Below are positions 59,663 to 64,000 of a stretch of 64,000 nt of DNA, piece after piece; within the stretch, counting starts at the first letter, position 1; each line of letters begins with the position of its first letter. The notes beneath the pieces are model-generated. The model was not told the origin of the DNA. It ran no database searches and was given only the letters and a program-made list of their open reading frames with translations. The position numbers and the translations under genes are program-made. The stretch covers positions 3,348,001-3,412,000 of the forward strand of contig CAVNZM010000006.1 in the NCBI GenBank assembly GCA_963693365.1. The letters run 5' to 3'. The DNA comes from Amoebidium appalachense (lineage: Eukaryota > Protista > Ichthyosporea).

Positions 59663-59945
59663 ATCCGAAAGCCAAAGCTCCATGGTAGGTGTTTGTTCCG
59701 GTTTGTAGGACGGCAGATCTTCTTAAATGGGTGTTCTCGTCTGAGAAAGGCTTATTATAGAACGTTCCCCAGGTTTTGTTTTTTAAAACCCAAGTTTTGA
59801 TAGGGTTAACACACCGCAACGTTCTCTGAAAAAGAAAAGTCCGTCTTTTTGTGCAGCCGTCAGGAGCTTTGGGTGCTCCACATTGGATTGTGGCAACCAA
59901 AACATACATCCGCCCTTCCGTTAATATCCATTCCGGCCCCAGCCC

Positions 59946-59981
<36 letters not shown>

Positions 59982-60518
59982 TATCCTACCCTCCCTTCTC
60001 CCTCCCTCCCTCCCTCCCTCTCTCCCTCCCTACCCCCCCTCCCCCCCCCCCCCCAACCCTCCTTTCCCCTCCCCCTTTGCCCCCCCGGTTCTTACCTTCC
60101 GTTTTAGGTTGCATTCCTTTACCTTTCTTTCTATTTCCCACCCCATCCCTTGCCTATTTTCCTTCTGCATTTTCACCCCTCACCAGCGAGTGTGATGTGC
60201 CACCAAGTCTAGGAGGCCAAACACGTAGCATAGTGTGCATTACAGACACTCTGCTGAGCGGGCAGGTGGCCGAGTGGACCGATAAACGGACTGCCGGGCC
60301 GGGGTGGGGGGGGGGGGGGGGGGAGGGGGGGAGGGGGGGAAGGGGGGAAGGGGGGATGTTATACTGGGAAAGGGGCGGGTTGGGTTGGGGGGAGGGGGAG
60401 GAGGGCTGGGGCGAGTTATACAGGGAAAAGGATGGGTTGGGTTTTGGGGGGAGGAGGGGGGAGGGAGGGGGGGGTTCATGTTAACAAAGGAAAAGGTGGT
60501 TTGGGGGCTTTGGGTGGG

Positions 60519-60552
<34 letters not shown>

Positions 60553-61300
60553 CGGATACAGAAAAAGGTGTGGGTTAAGGGGCAGGGGAAATGGTGGGGG
60601 CGGGAGGGAGGGGGGGGGGAGAGGGAGAATGTACCTTTTCTACACATCAGTCCTCACAATCCCTCCCCCCCTCCCCCTCCCCCCTCCCCACCAGCGCCAT
60701 CACCCCTCCCCCTCCTCCCCGTGGTGGCGCCCGGGGGGAGGGGAGGGAGGGGGGGAGGGGGGGGGGGGGGGAAGAGAGAGCATGCTTCATATGTTACCAC
60801 GGTGGGTGGGACAGTAGCCTCGGCAGATGCAGGGGTAGAGGGTCACAAGGGGGAAAGAAGGGAAGGGAATGAAAGGGGAGGGAGACGGCTGGAGGGGTGG
60901 CAGGAAGATTGAAAGGTGTGGGGAGAGGGGGGGGGGGGGGGAGGGGGGGAGGGGGGGGGGGGGGGGGGGGGCTGCAACAACTTTTTAGCCGATTTGATCA
61001 ATGCAGAAGGCCCGTGATAGATCCTCCCCCTAAACTACTCCCCCTCCCCCCAAACAACCAAAAAGAAAGAAAGAAAGAAAGAAAGAAGGAAAGAATAGCT
61101 CCACTTCTTCCCACCCATGGGGTTTGGAACCGGGTTGATCCTCCGTCGTTTTACCAACGACCACGAGCCAGCACAAACACTAACTGTCACTTTACTTTGT
61201 GATATCTAAGCTCGTCGGGATTTCAGCACAAAATCAAATATGGTATCACTGTAATGGTATCACGTCTGTACAGCTGTAAATATGGACATAGTACAAAAAT

Positions 61301-61342
<42 letters not shown>

Positions 61343-61381
61343 CGTGTGTGTGTGTGTGTGTGTGGTATGTGTGAGTGTGTG

Positions 61382-61427
<46 letters not shown>

Positions 61428-61509
61428 CGCGCGTGTGTGTGTGCGTGTGTGTGTGTGTATGAGGTGTGTGTGTGTGTGTGTGTGAGGTGTGTGTGTGTGT
61501 GTGTGTGAC

Positions 61510-61543
<34 letters not shown>

Positions 61544-62122
61544 CTGTGTGCGCACGTGTGTGTGTGTGTGTGTTCTGTGTGTGTATGTGTGCGTTTATGT
61601 GTTTATGTGGTGGGCTGAGTGGGAGCGCGTGCGCATGCGTTTGTGTGCCGTTTAGAGAGTTCCTGCATGTGTTTGTGCGCCGTGCAGTGTGTCTGCAGTT
61701 GTGTGCGTGTTTGTGATGAATAGTGGTGCAGTACTGAACACAGCTGCAGAAGCCATGATCAGATGGATGGAACATATCGGACGAGTCAATGGTTTAATTG
61801 TGGGGAGCTTTACAATCCTAGTGCAGATTCTTTGCTGGTGTCCACATATGATAATTAATATAAGCAAACCAAAAAATTAAAATAATGTTGTGACCCGGTC
61901 ACTTATCTAATATCCACGCCACTCTTTATGTACGAACATAAATCATTAGGCTTTCCGGCTCTTGTAAATAAAACTTAAAATTTGAAAATTCTCAGGCACA
62001 TGCCAGCAACATGCCCCATGGCTAGACATGATCGCCGAATACAAAATATGTGGAATAGTGAAAGAAGACGAAGCTACCATGTGGGATAAAATTAAACAGA
62101 CATACAGTAGCCCATGTAAAAT

Positions 62123-62890
62123 TCATTGAAAATTTAAAATTTTAAGCAAACGGATTGCCGCCGCAGCAATAGCCTTGGAGCCAAACGACGCCAAGCTGCC
62201 CGTCAGCAGGCCGAAATCAAACACGTGGTCACGATACTGTTTGCAACGGGGCGCTCGTGTCCCTTCACCGACGCAGGCGTGTAGTGCATGGCGGCATGGA
62301 ACACATAGCCGTTGGAGAGGCCGAGAAGAATCATGAAGGTGACGGGCCACGCGTCGTTCATGAACACCTAGGGCATCTGAGAGTCCACGAAAGTTGCTGT
62401 GGCCGCAACGTAGCATTTTCCGTTACACATGAGGAAGAGGGGGAGGAGGAGGGTGCGAAGGAAGGAAAAAGGTGCAACCCACGACCGGGGGCAAAGCATG
62501 TGCGGGGCGATAATACGGCCCACAACATCGAAAAGGTTGAAGAACATGAAAACGTAGACGGGCACCCACGTGGATGTCACCGAAGAACCGGGAGGTGGAT
62601 TGGGTGAGCGGGGCAACGGACATGGGCAGGACGGGGAAAAGCATGAGTGTCATGCAGAAATTGAACCACACAGCAAAGGATAGGTCGAGTGTCTGGCGAA
62701 CGATATGCAGGTAGCGTGCCGTGCTCACTTCACCGGCGGCCTCGCCTTCCTCTTCCCATTTCTCTTGATCACGTGATATAGAGTCTACCTTGACGGACAC
62801 TTGATAAGCGTGCCAGTAACGGAAAACCTCCGAGTTGATAAGCATTTGGTAGTTGATGAGGCAAGACAGAGCGGGTAGTTTCTGCGACAA
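62123..62890 (-). pseudogene. equilibrative nucleoside transporter (SLC29/ENT), C-terminal half, intronless and disrupted
   Basis: AVWFNFCMTLMLFP, FMFFNLFDVVGR, FLRTLLLPLFLMCN and FMILLGLSNGY occur across shifting frames. In-frame TAG at 62368. The N-terminal half was not found in the window. Confidence 0.8.
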
Positions 62891-64000
62891 CCTCCATGAT
62901 GTATACTGGATGGGAAAGGGTGTTTGTGTGTGTGTCTGATTCAGTTGCTGTTCCGCTTGCTGTTTTTGTCTGCATGGCTCCGTTCGAATTCTGAGCCATT
63001 GTACCCAGTATGCAATGTTTTATTAGTTAGCCGATCTGACAACGGACGGTTTGATTGGCGCCTGACGCCGCTGTCTGATTGGTGAAAAGTTTAAACAGGC
63101 ACCAAGACGAGTCGGATCGGAGGCACCGCCTCACTGGCCATGGCCAGTGGCCACCGCTGGGTCAATCTGGAACATGGGAGAGTTGGTGCTTCTAACATTT
63201 GGCTGCCTAAGCATATGTGCTGACCAAATAGAATCACTAATTAAAAAAAAAGCTTGCAAGTAACCATATGATAGCTATATATACAAACACGCCCTATGTT
63301 CTATTTTCTGGGAGCCCTCTCCAGGTCCAGATCTGCCTGCCCGCAGGTTGCATGCCCGCGGGCCCTCCTACCTGAGTCTCAGAGCAAATACGAACACCTA
63401 AAATGAAGAAAGCGGAATTGCAGATATTGAGCTTTTCTGAGTGAAAGCGGAACTCGTGGGAAGCAAATTAGTTTTTTCAGATGGGGAGGAGGGAGTGGCC
63501 ATGGATGCCCAGCTCTGTAGAGTCCAGACGCATCATACGCGACTCTGAGGGGTGCGCTTACGCCCAATCAGATATAAATAGTACTCTACTGCGTGCGGCA
63601 CACATCTAGATCGGGATCTCGATCCACAATAAAAGATCCTCGGTATTTGTTTCCTGTTCAATCACGTTTTCAATTGCGTAAAACTTTTCATGGCCGAACT
63701 TCCCCCGAAGCTTCGACCATGCCCGCCACTCAGCGTTCAGGTTTGGAAACCACAATAAATAACATATTTGTGCCTCAGTCTGGCGTGCCGTCGACGTCCC
63801 AGCCGTGCAGTCGTGCGCACTCTATCTATTACTCGTGTGCACTGTTACCGAGTCAGTACGGGCACAAGGGTACTCTCAGGGAAACATGTATCACAGAACG
63901 AAACGTTTAACCGTCTGGTATGGGGAATCGAAGCCTTATTATTGCATACCATATGCATTGGAGCAACTGTGTGGGTTGCATGGCGAGAAAACTGAGTCTA

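Overview
Eukaryotic genomic DNA, probably from a protist. The gene content is opisthokont-like, but the organism cannot be identified from sequence alone. Introns and intergenic DNA are saturated with poly(C)/poly(G), (CA)n and (CT)n tracts, so most long ORFs in the supplied track are low-complexity artefacts. Hand-splicing gives four apparently functional multi-exon genes: an AKTIP/Ft1-like UEV, RCCD1, a membrane-anchored metallophosphoesterase and UQCRC2. There is also an intron-containing tRNA-Arg(UCU). Five genes are interrupted by stops or frameshifts: two F-box/LRR genes, a small conserved uncharacterised gene, a solute-binding-protein/class C GPCR fusion and an ENT transporter fragment. 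The strongest novel signal is a dispersed element with about 12 copies. It has variable 5' ends and a fixed 3' end running into poly(C), and every copy is co-oriented with its host gene. Its two longest copies fold into the same ~160-nt pseudoknotted RNA with compensatory base changes and hammerhead/HDV-like motifs in a non-canonical topology, making it a candidate new retroelement-associated ribozyme. Some indels may be assembly errors.
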